DNA of 64,000 nt from an uncultured cyanobacterium. Lineage in GTDB: Bacteria > Cyanobacteriota > Cyanobacteriia > CAKZMO01. The stretch spans positions 192,001 to 256,000 of the forward strand of contig CAVRCJ010000014.1 of NCBI GenBank assembly GCA_963719515.1. The letters run 5' to 3'. The position numbers and the translations under genes were made by a program. Position 1 is the first letter of the stretch, and each line of letters opens with the position of its first letter. Positions 1-11,898 of the stretch are shown here, piece by piece. A model generated the notes under the pieces. The model searched no databases and had not been told where the DNA came from. It saw only the letters and a program-made list of their open reading frames with translations.

Positions 1-954
1 GCAGGCCCCCGCCGTGAACATGCTGCCCTCTAGGGCGTAGCCGGTCGCAAAGCCGTCGGGCTTGTTCTCGGTCCAGGCTACGGTAGACAGCAGCTTGTGG
101 GTAGAGCGCATAATCGCGTCCCCCGTATGGGACACCAAAAACGCCCCGGTGCCGTAGGTGCATTTCAGCAGGCCGGGGCGATCGCAGCCGTGGGCGTAGA
201 GCGCCGCCTGCTGGTCGCCGAAAATGCCTGCGATGGGGATCTCTACGCCCAGGATATCGGGGTCGGTGTGGCCAAAGACGCTGAGGCTGGGCTGTACCGA
301 GGGCATGATCTGGGGCGGAATGCCAAACAGGTCGAGCATCTCGCGGTCCCAGGCGCGATCGCCCAGGTTCAGCAGCAGGGTCCGGCTGGCGTTGCTGTGG
401 TCAGTGGCATGCACCTTACGGCCCGTGAGGTTCCACAGCGCCCAGGTGTCGATGGTGCCCGCCAGGACGTTGCCCCAGTCCGTCTCGGGGCGATTTTGCT
501 TGACCCAATCAATCAGCCAGGCTAGCTTGGTCGCTGAGAAGTAGGCATCCAGCACCAGACCAGTGCGATCGTAGATCTTGTCCATATGGCCCGCCTGCTG
601 CAGCTCTTGGCACAGGGGGGCGGTGCGGCGGTCCTGCCAAACGATGGCGGGGTGCAGGGGTTCGCCGGTGGTTTTGTCCCACAGCAGGCAGGTTTCCCGC
701 TGCACCGTGAGCCCCACCGCAGCAATCTGGTTGGCCTCCACGCCCGCGTCTTTGACGGCGGCCTGCATCGCCCAGCGCACCGCCTGCCAAATCTCGCTGG
801 CATTGTGCTCCACCCACCCCGGCTGCGGGTAAGACTGGGACAGCTCTTTGTAGGCCTGTCCGGCAATCTGTCCGGAGCGATCGAAGATGATGGCGCGGTT
901 GCCGGTGGTCCCCAGATCTAGGGCCATGACGTGGGTAGTAGCGTGGTTCGTCAT
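1..954 (-). CDS. glpK: Glycerol kinase (5' part; runs off the window start)
   Basis: Not in the ORF track. Manual translation from ATG at 954 gives MTNHATTHVMALDLGTTGNRAIIFDR..., the FGGY kinase N-terminal motif, and later PQPGWVEH and TGLVLDAYFSATK. Confidence 0.95.
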   Translation of the reverse strand, partial: MTNHATTHVMALDLGTTGNRAIIFDRSGQIAGQAYKELSQSYPQPGWVEHNASEIWQAVRWAMQAAVKDAGVEANQIAAVGLTVQRETCLLWDKTTGEPLHPAIVWQDRRTAPLCQELQQAGHMDKIYDRTGLVLDAYFSATKLAWLIDWVKQNRPETDWGNVLAGTIDTWALWNLTGRKVHATDHSNASRTLLLNLGDRAWDREMLDLFGIPPQIMPSVQPSLSVFGHTDPDILGVEIPIAGIFGDQQAALYAHGCDRPGLLKCTYGTGAFLVSHTGDAIMRSTHKLLSTVAWTENKPDGFATGYALEGSMFTAGAC

Positions 955-996
955 TTCTAAACTTGTGTTAACGGCGTTATCTTAAATTCAGGACCA

Positions 997-3561
997 TCAT
1001 ACCGACTCCAGCAGCACCCCCTGCATGTCCTTGAGCTCAAAGGCCCGCAGCGACTCCATTGAATCCCCCAGCTCCAGCCCCGGCGTGGTCAACGCCACCC
1101 GCCACTCGCTGAGGTTGAGCTGTAGCCAGTCCGCCAGGGTCACAGTTGTCGGCTCTCCGCCCATGTGGCACACAAAGGCCACCTGCTTGGGCAACATTAG
1201 CTCAGGCACATCACTCTCCGCCTCAGCCGCCAGCGGCTGAGTCCGCAGCCCGTAGAACACCGTCTTTTCCTCGTCGCTGATGCGATTGAAGCGATCGCTT
1301 GCCGTGAGGTTATTTCTGATCCAGGCGTTGGCTTTGCGGTACTGACGGAGCTTTAGATTGTGGGCTGTGCGCTTGGACGACAGCTTTTCCACGTGGTACG
1401 ACACCCGGCAGACGTCGTGGCCGTCTTCCATGAAGGCCATGGCGATCGCCTTCAGCTTGTCCACATCGAGGTTTTGCACCAGGGACGCTTTTTCCGCTTC
1501 GCCTAAGGTTTTGAGCGCCTCCACCTCGCAGACCTCGCCATTGTCGCTGAGGCAGGCGTTGCAAATCGCCGCCACCTCATCTAAGTCGTAGTCAGTTTTC
1601 ACCATGGCATCGGCGATCGCATGCATAAACTGCCGCAGCGGCCCCAGCTCAGTGAGGCCGAAGGCTTTGAGACGCTTGAAGGTGTCGGGGCGATCGTAGA
1701 ACTCGGAAGAAATTTGCCAGTCTAGGAAACCCACCTCTTCAGAGGCCACCTTGACGCCATACACCTCATCCGTGTTGCGGAAAAAGCCCCAAGGACTGTG
1801 CATCAAAGCGTTGAGAAAATCCATGGGCAGGCCAGGGCTGAAGCCATAAACCCACAGCTGGGTGGCCGGATTGTCGTAGGCGTTGTGCAACACCTCGGGC
1901 AGGGTGTCCCCCAAATTCCAGTTGATGGGCTGGTCGGTGATAGAGATCTGATTTCCCCGGCGTACGGTGTCGTGGTTGCCGCAGCCGGTAATCCAGCGAT
2001 CGCCCTGGAACATCACTTCAGTGACCCGTCGCCATTTGGAGTCCCAGAAGCCCTTGAGCGCGGGCGTATTGTGGGCAAAAATTAGCGGTCCCCACTGGTA
2101 GGCGTCGGGCCGCAGCTCGATCAAGTCACGGTAGGTGGAGGTCTCCTCCCACCCTTCTTCTGGCCAGGGACGCCCGTCCTCAAAAATAGTGAACAGCCGC
2201 CGCTGAGAGCCGCCAATCTCCTGGACAACGTCGCTCATGGCCAGTAGATAGGCGTCGTCCTGCTCTAGCCGCCCCGTCAGCGGGTTGAAAAAGCGAAAGT
2301 CCTGGCCGCCGTCGATGCGAATGCCGTCGACACCCGCGTCGTTTTTGCGGCGCTGCATCTCCAGCAGCAGGGCGCGCACCATGGGCAGCTGGTGGTTCAA
2401 GTCCTGCCCATACATGTTCGGGCCTTTGAGGAACTGACGGCTGATCAGCTTTATGGCCTGATTGTCGGCATGACCGTAGACCAGGTCGTAGATGAGGTGA
2501 ATAGGCCCACCGTGAAAATTGTGGAGGGTGACGATGAAGTCGATCAGTTCGTCGGGGCGCAAACTGCCCAATACGGCCGGGTTCGTAGTTGATGCTCCCA
2601 AAATAGGGACGTCGTATCCCCAGTTCTTAGTGTTAGGCTTGCGCAGCGTCACCTGAATCGGCTCCTCGACGGGGGAAGGCCCCGCCTCTAGAATCGAATT
2701 GTCTAAAACCTCAAAAAATTCGTAGCCGGGGCGGTCTTCTTCGAGTCGATACTCAATCGTCGGCTCGATAGGCAACAGCTGGATAGCGTCGTAGCCCACA
2801 TAGTTTTGCTCCTCTGGGGTGAGCGCCTCGCCCGCCTCTAGCTTTTGGGAGAGCGCCCGGTAGATTCGCGTTAGCCCCTCAATCGTGCCTTCCTTCGAGC
2901 CGGTATTGACGTGGATTTGCAGGATGTTGACCGGTTCGGGCACCCGAGGAATCGTCTCATCCGGCGCGTCTAGGGGACTACTGGCTTCAATGGGCCCCTC
3001 ATCCGTTTCCTCTGGACGATAGCCCGTCTGCTGAAAATAGGCCAGATCGCCCCGCTGCTGCTGAAGCGAGGCCATGTCGTAGACTTCTGCGGGGCCAAAC
3101 ACGCCGTAGGGCAGCGAGTAGGGCACCACATCGCGAATTAACCGGGCGCTGTCGCGAACGTTGTCTCGGTAGCGCAGCCAATAGAGAGAGCCGGCCTGAT
3201 CTCGGGTTCCTGGCTTTAAGCCAGACAGGACGCCCCACAAAAATTCGCCCTGCTGGGGCAAGGCCACGCAGTCTCTTTGAAAAGCAACCGTTTGCTCGTC
3301 GGCTCGAAACTGGATAGGCTCTAACGGCGTAAAAACTTCTAGGTAAATTTCCCGAGCGGTTTGAATGACCTCTCCCGTCAAACCGGGGGTCCAAAAGCAA
3401 ATCTCGGTCAGACCATCAGGGCGATAGTGTGCCCCTAGCCGTCTAGCAAGCTGCTGGCTAATCTGTAGGTAGGTTGCCCTTGAGTTAGCAACGCTATCCG
3501 CCCAATCGAGTAGACCCTGAGTTTCAGCTCCCACGAGCTGAATAAGTGGAGAATCGTTCAC
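997..3561 (-). CDS. gghA: Glucosylglycerol hydrolase (Slr1670-like, alpha-amylase-like fold)
   Basis: 854 aa with NWGYDVPILG, LIYDLVYGHADNQ, DGIRIDGGQDF and GCGNHDTVRRG; upstream of glpK and divergent from ggpS, as in Synechocystis. Confidence 0.85.
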   Translation of the reverse strand: MNDSPLIQLVGAETQGLLDWADSVANSRATYLQISQQLARRLGAHYRPDGLTEICFWTPGLTGEVIQTAREIYLEVFTPLEPIQFRADEQTVAFQRDCVALPQQGEFLWGVLSGLKPGTRDQAGSLYWLRYRDNVRDSARLIRDVVPYSLPYGVFGPAEVYDMASLQQQRGDLAYFQQTGYRPEETDEGPIEASSPLDAPDETIPRVPEPVNILQIHVNTGSKEGTIEGLTRIYRALSQKLEAGEALTPEEQNYVGYDAIQLLPIEPTIEYRLEEDRPGYEFFEVLDNSILEAGPSPVEEPIQVTLRKPNTKNWGYDVPILGASTTNPAVLGSLRPDELIDFIVTLHNFHGGPIHLIYDLVYGHADNQAIKLISRQFLKGPNMYGQDLNHQLPMVRALLLEMQRRKNDAGVDGIRIDGGQDFRFFNPLTGRLEQDDAYLLAMSDVVQEIGGSQRRLFTIFEDGRPWPEEGWEETSTYRDLIELRPDAYQWGPLIFAHNTPALKGFWDSKWRRVTEVMFQGDRWITGCGNHDTVRRGNQISITDQPINWNLGDTLPEVLHNAYDNPATQLWVYGFSPGLPMDFLNALMHSPWGFFRNTDEVYGVKVASEEVGFLDWQISSEFYDRPDTFKRLKAFGLTELGPLRQFMHAIADAMVKTDYDLDEVAAICNACLSDNGEVCEVEALKTLGEAEKASLVQNLDVDKLKAIAMAFMEDGHDVCRVSYHVEKLSSKRTAHNLKLRQYRKANAWIRNNLTASDRFNRISDEEKTVFYGLRTQPLAAEAESDVPELMLPKQVAFVCHMGGEPTTVTLADWLQLNLSEWRVALTTPGLELGDSMESLRAFELKDMQGVLLESV

Positions 3562-4195
3562 GGGTAGTTACTGTAGAAGTTAAGGTATATGAAGTCAGCA
3601 ATAGCTTAACAGGCGTATCTTGAGACTGGGGCGATCGCTACAAAACTCAATCCATATCTGACCTCCGGCCTCTAGCGAGCCGTATGCTATCAGGGCATTC
3701 GATTTGCGCCCACCGCCTTGCCGGCACCGACAGGCCTCTGAAGCTGGCGGTAAAGCCTTTGCTGCAGCAGAGAAAGTTGAGCTTAAATAAAGCTCAAGAG
3801 TTTTAAAAACTCAATGCGATGTTACACTACTTCGTGTAGTGTGGCGATTGAGTCAGTTTTAGCTTAGTCGAAATTTTTCTTGTAAGCCTGTACCGCTTGC
3901 AGGCAGTTTCAGTGACTATCTATTGCTAACCTTTTATTGCCAACCTTGTGTCTACAATGAGACGCTCAAAAGGCATACAAATGCTTTTCGCATTGTAGCA
4001 CTCGCGCCGGTCCCAGCCGTGTCAGACTAAATCTTAATCTGATTGAGCAGGCGCTAACTGTATGTTTTTAAGCCCGCCTGGGCTCAGGTTTTAGCTACTT
4101 TCAGCAGCGACAGCGTTAATCTTTCCTGCTGCGTCTATCTACCATCTAGACAATCTTTAGCTAGATTGTTGTGCCGTCTTTTCAAGAGGTCTTCT

Positions 4196-5725
4196 ATGAA
4201 ATCTTCCCTGGTCATTCTCTACCACCGCGAACCCTACGATGAAGTGATCGAGAATGGTAAAGCCGTTTACCGCGAGAAGAAAAGTCCGAACGGCATTGTA
4301 CCGACCTTGAAGAGCTTCTTTGCCGATGCTGACCAGAGCACCTGGGTGGCCTGGAAGCAGGTCGCCGAGGACGAGCGGGACGACTTCCAGGAGCGGATGA
4401 CTTTCGATGGCCTGGGCGATCGCGGCGTCGTGCGGCGAATTCCGCTGGCGGCGGACGAGGTGAAGAACTTCTACCACATCACTTCTAAAGAAGCGTTCTG
4501 GCCTATCTTGCACTCCTTCCCCTGGCAGTTCACCTATGACTCTTCAGACTGGGAAAATTTCCAGGAGATCAACAAGAAATTTGCGGCAGTGGCCTGTGAA
4601 GACGCTGCAGACGATGCCCTAATTTGGGTCCATGACTACAACCTGTGGCTGGCCCCTTACTACATCCGGCAGCAAAAGCCCAACGCCAATATCGCCTTTT
4701 TCCACCACACGCCTTTTCCTTCGGCGGACATCTTCAATATCTTGCCTTGGCGAGCAGAGATTGTGGACAGCCTGCTGAGCTGCGATCTGGTCGGCTTCCA
4801 CATTCCCCGCTACCTAGAAAATTTCGTCTCGGCAGCGCGGGGCATTCGGGGCGCAGAGGTGATGGAACAGCTGCCGGTAGACGAGAACGCCTTTACGCCC
4901 ACCGGCTCAGCCCTCACCGAGCCCGTGATCACCACCAAGCTCAAATACAAGGGGCAGCTTGTCAACCTCAATGCCTTCCCGGTGGGCACCGACCCCGACC
5001 ACGTCCGCACCATGGTGGCTAAGCCAGAGGTAAAAGAGCGAGCGGCTAAGATTCGTGAGGAGATTGGCGACGGTAAGCTGATCGTCTCCGCAGGCCGCGT
5101 GGACTACGTAAAGGGCACTAAAGAGCTGCTGTCCTGCTACGAGCGCCTGCTGGAGCGGCGGCCTGAGCTGCAGGGCAACGTGCATTTAGTGCTGACGGCG
5201 GCGGCGCCCAACGAAGGCATGCGGGTCTACCGCACCGCGAAGAAAGAGATTGAGCAGGGCGTCGGCAAGATCAACGGTCGGTTTGGCCAGCTCAACTGGA
5301 CCCCCGTCAAGCTGTTCACCACGCCGCTGCCGTTCAACGACCTGATGGCGGTGTATTCTTCCGCCGACATCGCCTGGATTACGCCCTTACGGGACGGTCT
5401 CAACCTGGTCGCCAAAGAATACGTGGTGGCCAATAAAGGGGAGCGGGGCATTCTGGTGCTCTCAGAATTCGCGGGCTCTGCCGTAGAGCTGCCCGACGCC
5501 ATCTTGGTAAATCCCTATGCTTCATACGAAATGGACAAAGCCATAGAGCTGGCGCTGGATATGCCTTCTGAGGAGCAGAAGCGCCGTATGGGCATTATGT
5601 ATGAATCAATTTGCCGTTACGATGTGCAACAGTGGGCCAACCACATGTTCCGCGCGGCCAAAGCGGCAGCGTCGGATCGGAGCGCAGAGACCGATAGCCA
5701 ACCAAAAGCCTCTGCGCTGGTTTAG
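4196..5725 (+). CDS. ggpS: Glucosylglycerol-phosphate synthase (GT20)
   Basis: Starts MKSSLVILYHREPYDE; contains IWVHDYNLWL, FFHHTPFP, GRVDYVKG and LRDGLNLVAKEY. The ATG at 4196 follows a GAGG RBS and is preferred over 4166. Confidence 0.95.
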   Translation: MKSSLVILYHREPYDEVIENGKAVYREKKSPNGIVPTLKSFFADADQSTWVAWKQVAEDERDDFQERMTFDGLGDRGVVRRIPLAADEVKNFYHITSKEAFWPILHSFPWQFTYDSSDWENFQEINKKFAAVACEDAADDALIWVHDYNLWLAPYYIRQQKPNANIAFFHHTPFPSADIFNILPWRAEIVDSLLSCDLVGFHIPRYLENFVSAARGIRGAEVMEQLPVDENAFTPTGSALTEPVITTKLKYKGQLVNLNAFPVGTDPDHVRTMVAKPEVKERAAKIREEIGDGKLIVSAGRVDYVKGTKELLSCYERLLERRPELQGNVHLVLTAAAPNEGMRVYRTAKKEIEQGVGKINGRFGQLNWTPVKLFTTPLPFNDLMAVYSSADIAWITPLRDGLNLVAKEYVVANKGERGILVLSEFAGSAVELPDAILVNPYASYEMDKAIELALDMPSEEQKRRMGIMYESICRYDVQQWANHMFRAAKAAASDRSAETDSQPKASALV

Positions 5726-5746
5726 GCGTTATCAACTCTATCATCT

Positions 5747-7432
5747 ATGCGAGATCTATCCAAAATTCAAGACTCCCCGTACGATTTAATTATCGTCGGG
5801 GGCGGTATTAATGGTGCGGGCGCGGCCCGTGATGCTGCTTCACGGGGCCTTAAAACCCTGCTGATCGAAAGAAATGACTTTGCGAGCGGCTCCACGAGCT
5901 GGTCTACTCGTCTCATCCACGGTGGACTGCGCTACCTAGAATACTTTGAGTTCAAGCTGGTGCGCGAGTCCCTGCGGGAGCGAGAGATTCTTCTGAATAC
6001 GGCCCCTCACTTGGTGAAGCCCATCCAGATGACGATCCCCATCTACAAAGGCGGGCGACGCAGCTACTGGGAAATTCAGGCGGGAATGCTGCTGTACGAC
6101 ATGTTCAGCTTTGACAAGACCTTGCCCAACCACCGCATGCTGCCCGCGAAGAAGCTACAGCAGCTCTTTCGCTCGGTGACCTCCGATGAGGTGGCGGGGG
6201 CCGCTCAGTACTATGACTGCCAGGTGGAGTACGCCGAGCGGCTGTGTTTAGAGAACATCATCGCGGCCCAGGCCGCCGGGGCAGATGTGTTCAACTACGT
6301 GGAAGTGAGCGCGATCCGCCGCGAGGGCGACTCTGCAGGGTCAGCCGCTGACCAGCGGATCGCCCAGGTCACCTGCGTCGACCTGCCGACGGGGGAAACC
6401 TTTACCGCCAAGCTCGCCGAACAGGGCACCGTGATCAACACGGCAGGCCCCTGGGTTGACGTGGTCAACGAGCGCGGAGAGAGCCGTCCGCTGACGCCGA
6501 AGCGGCTGATGGGCGGCACCAAGGGCAGCCACATCATCGTCGAACCCTTTCCTGGCGCCCCTGCGACGGCGCTCTATGTCGAGGCGAAGAGCGACGGACG
6601 CCCCTATTTCATTGTCCCCTGGTGCGGCATGTTCCTGATCGGCACCACCGACCAGCGGTACGAGGGCAAACTGGACAACATCAAGGCCAGCGACGCCGAG
6701 GTGGATTACCTAATCAAGGAAACCAACGCCGTGCTGCCCATGGCCCAGCTCTCCCGCGATCAGGTGAGGTTTACCTACTCTGGCCTGCGGCCTCTGCCCT
6801 ACACCGAGGGCACTAAGACCAGCGGCATCACCCGCAGCCATATCCTCTACGACCACAAAGCCGACGGCATCACCAACTTGGCCTCTCTGGTGGGAGGCAA
6901 GCTCACCACCTTCCGTCAGGTCGGTGAGGAGCTGGTGGACTGGGCCTACGATAAGCGCAAGGAGGCGACGCCCACCTGCCAGACCCGCACCCAGCCCTTC
7001 CCTGGCGCTATTGGCGCTAAAGACCCTCGCATTCAGCAGGCGATCGAGGCCTATCATCCCCAGATCTCGCGGCTGTCCATCGACCACCTGTTCCAGCTCT
7101 ATGGCGCTCGGGCGGTGGATCTGCTGGCGTTAGTAGACCGGTTCCCAGAGCTGGGCGATCGCATCTTACCTAACCTGCCGGATATTAAGGCGCAGGTGGT
7201 CTACGCTGTGGAGTCAGAGATGGCCCAGACCTTAGTAGATATCTGCCGGCGGCGGACCATACTCTCCATGCACGCCAACTACGGGCTAGACCTGCTGCCG
7301 ACGATCACGGCGGTGCTCGCTGAGTACTGCGGCTGGGACAGCGCCAAGTGCGATCGTCAGGTGAAGGACTACCGGGAGTTTATGGAGAAAAACTGTCAGC
7401 CCGACTATGCCATGTCGGCGGTTGCGGTCTGA
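5747..7432 (+). CDS. glpD: FAD-dependent glycerol-3-phosphate dehydrogenase
   Basis: DLIIVGGGINGAG, STRLIHGGLRYLE and GGKLTTFR motifs. Confidence 0.95.
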   Translation: MRDLSKIQDSPYDLIIVGGGINGAGAARDAASRGLKTLLIERNDFASGSTSWSTRLIHGGLRYLEYFEFKLVRESLREREILLNTAPHLVKPIQMTIPIYKGGRRSYWEIQAGMLLYDMFSFDKTLPNHRMLPAKKLQQLFRSVTSDEVAGAAQYYDCQVEYAERLCLENIIAAQAAGADVFNYVEVSAIRREGDSAGSAADQRIAQVTCVDLPTGETFTAKLAEQGTVINTAGPWVDVVNERGESRPLTPKRLMGGTKGSHIIVEPFPGAPATALYVEAKSDGRPYFIVPWCGMFLIGTTDQRYEGKLDNIKASDAEVDYLIKETNAVLPMAQLSRDQVRFTYSGLRPLPYTEGTKTSGITRSHILYDHKADGITNLASLVGGKLTTFRQVGEELVDWAYDKRKEATPTCQTRTQPFPGAIGAKDPRIQQAIEAYHPQISRLSIDHLFQLYGARAVDLLALVDRFPELGDRILPNLPDIKAQVVYAVESEMAQTLVDICRRRTILSMHANYGLDLLPTITAVLAEYCGWDSAKCDRQVKDYREFMEKNCQPDYAMSAVAV

Positions 7433-7548
7433 CTCTAGCCCGAGCGTCTGGCTCAATTAAATAAGGAGGCGTAACCCCCGCCCCTCCTGACGACGAACTT
7501 GAATAGATTATTTGGGGCGCATCGACAACCTAACAGGGTCTTATTGCT

Positions 7549-8538
7549 ATGGAAACGACAGCTACACCGACCATCCTTGCCGCCAGCGGCGAAACCCCCG
7601 TAAAGGTGCTGGCCGTCTTGGGCAGCGGCGCTTGGGGAACGGCTTTAGCGCAGCTAGCCGCTGAGTCGGGTATTACAGTGCGGGCCTGGTCTCGGCGGGG
7701 AGACCTGCCCTTAGAGGCCGCCGTAGCAGAGGCCGACGTGCTGCTGTGCGCCATCTCCATGAAAGGTGTAGCCGACCTGGCGGCGCGGCTGAGCGACATT
7801 GGCCTGCCGCCGCGCACCATCTTGGTGACGGCCACCAAGGGGCTAGACCCCGAAACCACTAAGACCCCCTCCCAGCTGTGGCAAACCGCTTTTCCCAATA
7901 ACCCCGTCGTCGTTCTCTCTGGCCCTAACCTTTCCAAAGAGATTGATCAGGGCTTGCCCGCCGCCACCGTCGTTGCCAGCCACGACCCCGCCGCCGCTGA
8001 GACCGTGCAGCAAATTTTTGCGGTGGAGCGCTTCCGCGTCTACACGAATTCCGACCCCCTGGGCACCGAGCTGGGAGGGACGCTGAAAAACGTGATGGCG
8101 ATCGCGGTGGGGGTCTGCGACGGCCTGCATCTGGGCACCAACGCCCGCTCTGCTCTAATCACCCGCGCCCTGCCGGAGGTGATTCGCGTGGGGACGCAGC
8201 TGGGAGCGCAGCCCGAAACGTTTTACGGTCTATCCGGTTTGGGCGATATGCTGGCCACCTGCACCAGCCCCCTAAGCCGCAACTACCGGGTTGGGTTTGG
8301 GCTGGCGGAGGGTAAGCCTTTAGAGCAAATTTTAGAGGAGCTGGGCAGCACGGCTGAAGGGGTGAATACGGCCCACGTGCTGGTGAAGCTGGCGAACCGG
8401 GAGGCGATTCCCATCCCTATCGCTCGCCAGGTCCACCGGCTGCTAAACGGAGCCATCACGCCGCTAGAGGCGGTTACGGCTTTGATGGAGCGGGACCTGA
8501 AGCCAGAGCAGTGCGATATTTCAGAAGATCTAGGCTAA
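7549..8538 (+). CDS. gpsA: NAD(P)H-dependent glycerol-3-phosphate dehydrogenase
   Basis: VLGSGAWGTALA, LSGPNLSKEI, GGTLKNVMAI and GLGDMLATCTSPLSRN motifs. Confidence 0.95.
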   Translation: METTATPTILAASGETPVKVLAVLGSGAWGTALAQLAAESGITVRAWSRRGDLPLEAAVAEADVLLCAISMKGVADLAARLSDIGLPPRTILVTATKGLDPETTKTPSQLWQTAFPNNPVVVLSGPNLSKEIDQGLPAATVVASHDPAAAETVQQIFAVERFRVYTNSDPLGTELGGTLKNVMAIAVGVCDGLHLGTNARSALITRALPEVIRVGTQLGAQPETFYGLSGLGDMLATCTSPLSRNYRVGFGLAEGKPLEQILEELGSTAEGVNTAHVLVKLANREAIPIPIARQVHRLLNGAITPLEAVTALMERDLKPEQCDISEDLG

Positions 8539-8567
8539 TTGATGCCGTAGACTGCGCCTCAACGACA

Positions 8568-8611
8568 AGGCCCCCCCAATCTCTCAAGTCTGAGGGATTG
8601 GGGGGCTTTTT
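8568..8611. terminator. Intrinsic terminator between convergent gpsA and GerMN gene
   Basis: Stem CCCCCCAATC-loop-GATTGGGGGG followed by a T run on +. Confidence 0.75.
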
Positions 8612-8633
8612 AAGCTGCGCAGCGGTAAAAACG

Positions 8634-9281
8634 CTAAAGCGGGAAGTTTTGGTCGAATGCCTCTCGCGTCATCGGCCGATCCACAATCAGACCCTCGCCG
8701 CCCAAATACTCTAGCGGCTCGCCGTCCACCGAAATCCACACTGTGCCGCTAGGGTCGAGGCTCGTCGCGGTATACACCACCTGACCCAATCGGCCCATCA
8801 TCGACGCCGACCCACCGCCCTGCTCAAAGTCCGCCGACAGATCGACGTACACACCGTCGGGCTGCACCCTCAGAGCGTCCAGTGTCGTACCGTCTGGAAT
8901 TTCGGAGAAACCCAGACTCTCATCGGGCTCTGCCAGCAGCTGATCAAAGGCGGCGGTTAGCACCACTTGTGGATCTCTGGCGTCTTCAACCTGAATAGGC
9001 GCGGGAACCAGCTCAAAAGAAGTCTCTGACACCTCTAGCAAATAGAGGCGGGCATCAGTTTGGGCAGTCGGCGCGGCCGTGCTCGGGGGGTCTTGCGCTA
9101 ACTCTGGCGGTGTAGTGGACGGGTCGGCCGTGGTCGGTTGCTCAGCCGTTGGCACCTCGACCAGCGTATTCCAGGTCCACCAGGCCGTGCCGCCGCCAGC
9201 GGCCAGCATAACTGCCGAAAAGGCGGCAATTACCCCCAGTGGAAGCTGACGAATCCGATGATGAAGCTGACGATCCTGCAT
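8634..9281 (-). CDS. GerMN-domain membrane-anchored protein
   Basis: N-terminal TM segment; VYVDLSADFEQGGGSASMMGRLGQVVYTATSLD and ISVDGEPLEYLGGEG are typical of cyanobacterial GerMN proteins. Confidence 0.8.
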   Translation of the reverse strand: MQDRQLHHRIRQLPLGVIAAFSAVMLAAGGGTAWWTWNTLVEVPTAEQPTTADPSTTPPELAQDPPSTAAPTAQTDARLYLLEVSETSFELVPAPIQVEDARDPQVVLTAAFDQLLAEPDESLGFSEIPDGTTLDALRVQPDGVYVDLSADFEQGGGSASMMGRLGQVVYTATSLDPSGTVWISVDGEPLEYLGGEGLIVDRPMTREAFDQNFPL

Positions 9282-9366
9282 AGTGACTTTTCCCAACTCG
9301 CTTGCTTCTAGTGTAAGACGATTGCCTAGGCATCATCCTGTACGCCGGTCCACTCCCTCAACTGGG

Positions 9367-9450
9367 CTAGGGAAATACTGGACTGGGGAAGTACTGGTAC
9401 TAGGGAAGTACAGGGACTAACTAGGGAAATACTGGACTAGGGAAATACGG
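9367..9450. repeat. Five degenerate 16-17 bp units (CTAGGGAAATACTGGA)
   Basis: Units start at 9367, 9383, 9400, 9421 and 9437; the last overlaps the stop codon of the DUF2993 gene. Confidence 0.85.
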
Positions 9451-10222
9451 TGGCCTCTACCTTCAAAAAGGCGATCGCCTCAATGCCCTCGGGGCTAAGG
9501 TCTAGTTTCAGCAGACGGGCCGTAATGCCCAAAAGTTCCAGGTTGCGCAGCGTCAGCTGCTGGTTCAGCCCCGCCACCAATGGCCGCAAAATCTGGGCGG
9601 GAAACTCGACGCCGTTGGCCACTAAGCGGGGATCTTGAATCGTCAGCCGGTGGCCATCCTCAAGCCCCAGGCCAAGTTCGATCTCAATAGCCAGTTCGTT
9701 ATCCGTCCCCTGCTCCCGCAGCGTTCCTTCTAGTCTGACGCGGTTGTCCCCCAGCAGGTATAGCTGCGGGTCCACCAAATCAGCCTGCTGAATTTGCCCC
9801 ACCGCGCTGCCCAAAGCGCTGATGCCAATGTCCTGCAGCACTTCGGTGACCGTAGGCGATCGCAGGGCGGTATTGATGTCTTCAGCCTCGATCACGATGC
9901 GGGTGACGGCCTGTAGCGGCCTTTGAAGGCTCACCTGACCATCCGTCAGTCGGCTAAACCGTAGGTCTACGGGGTCAGTCTCCACATCCAGTAGGGCCAC
10001 CCGCAGCTCGGGAATGGGATAGACGCCGCGCCCCGCCACCCGGATGCGGTCCACTCGCCCAGACAGCAAATCGTGGCTGGGGCGATTGTCGACCCGCACC
10101 TCTAGGGTTTCTGCGCCGTGGAGCTGGTCTTCGATGGCCGATTCTAAAGCTGCGTCGGTAAGGATGCCAACCGGGGAAATTAGCCCGATAAGAGTGCTCA
10201 GGAGAACAGTGAAGACTTCCAT
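9437..10222 (-). CDS. DUF2993 / LmeA-like phospholipid-binding protein
   Basis: N-terminal hydrophobic segment; LEVRVDNRPSHDLLSGRVDRIRVAGRG and EDINTALRSP patterns. Confidence 0.7.
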   Translation of the reverse strand: MEVFTVLLSTLIGLISPVGILTDAALESAIEDQLHGAETLEVRVDNRPSHDLLSGRVDRIRVAGRGVYPIPELRVALLDVETDPVDLRFSRLTDGQVSLQRPLQAVTRIVIEAEDINTALRSPTVTEVLQDIGISALGSAVGQIQQADLVDPQLYLLGDNRVRLEGTLREQGTDNELAIEIELGLGLEDGHRLTIQDPRLVANGVEFPAQILRPLVAGLNQQLTLRNLELLGITARLLKLDLSPEGIEAIAFLKVEATVFP

Positions 10223-10236
10223 ATGTGGCAGAATAG

Positions 10237-11898
<1,662 letters not shown>

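Noticed and set aside
97..921. Several ORF-track entries at the window start
   Set aside because: Shadow frames of glpK, which the track omits because it lacks a stop within the window.
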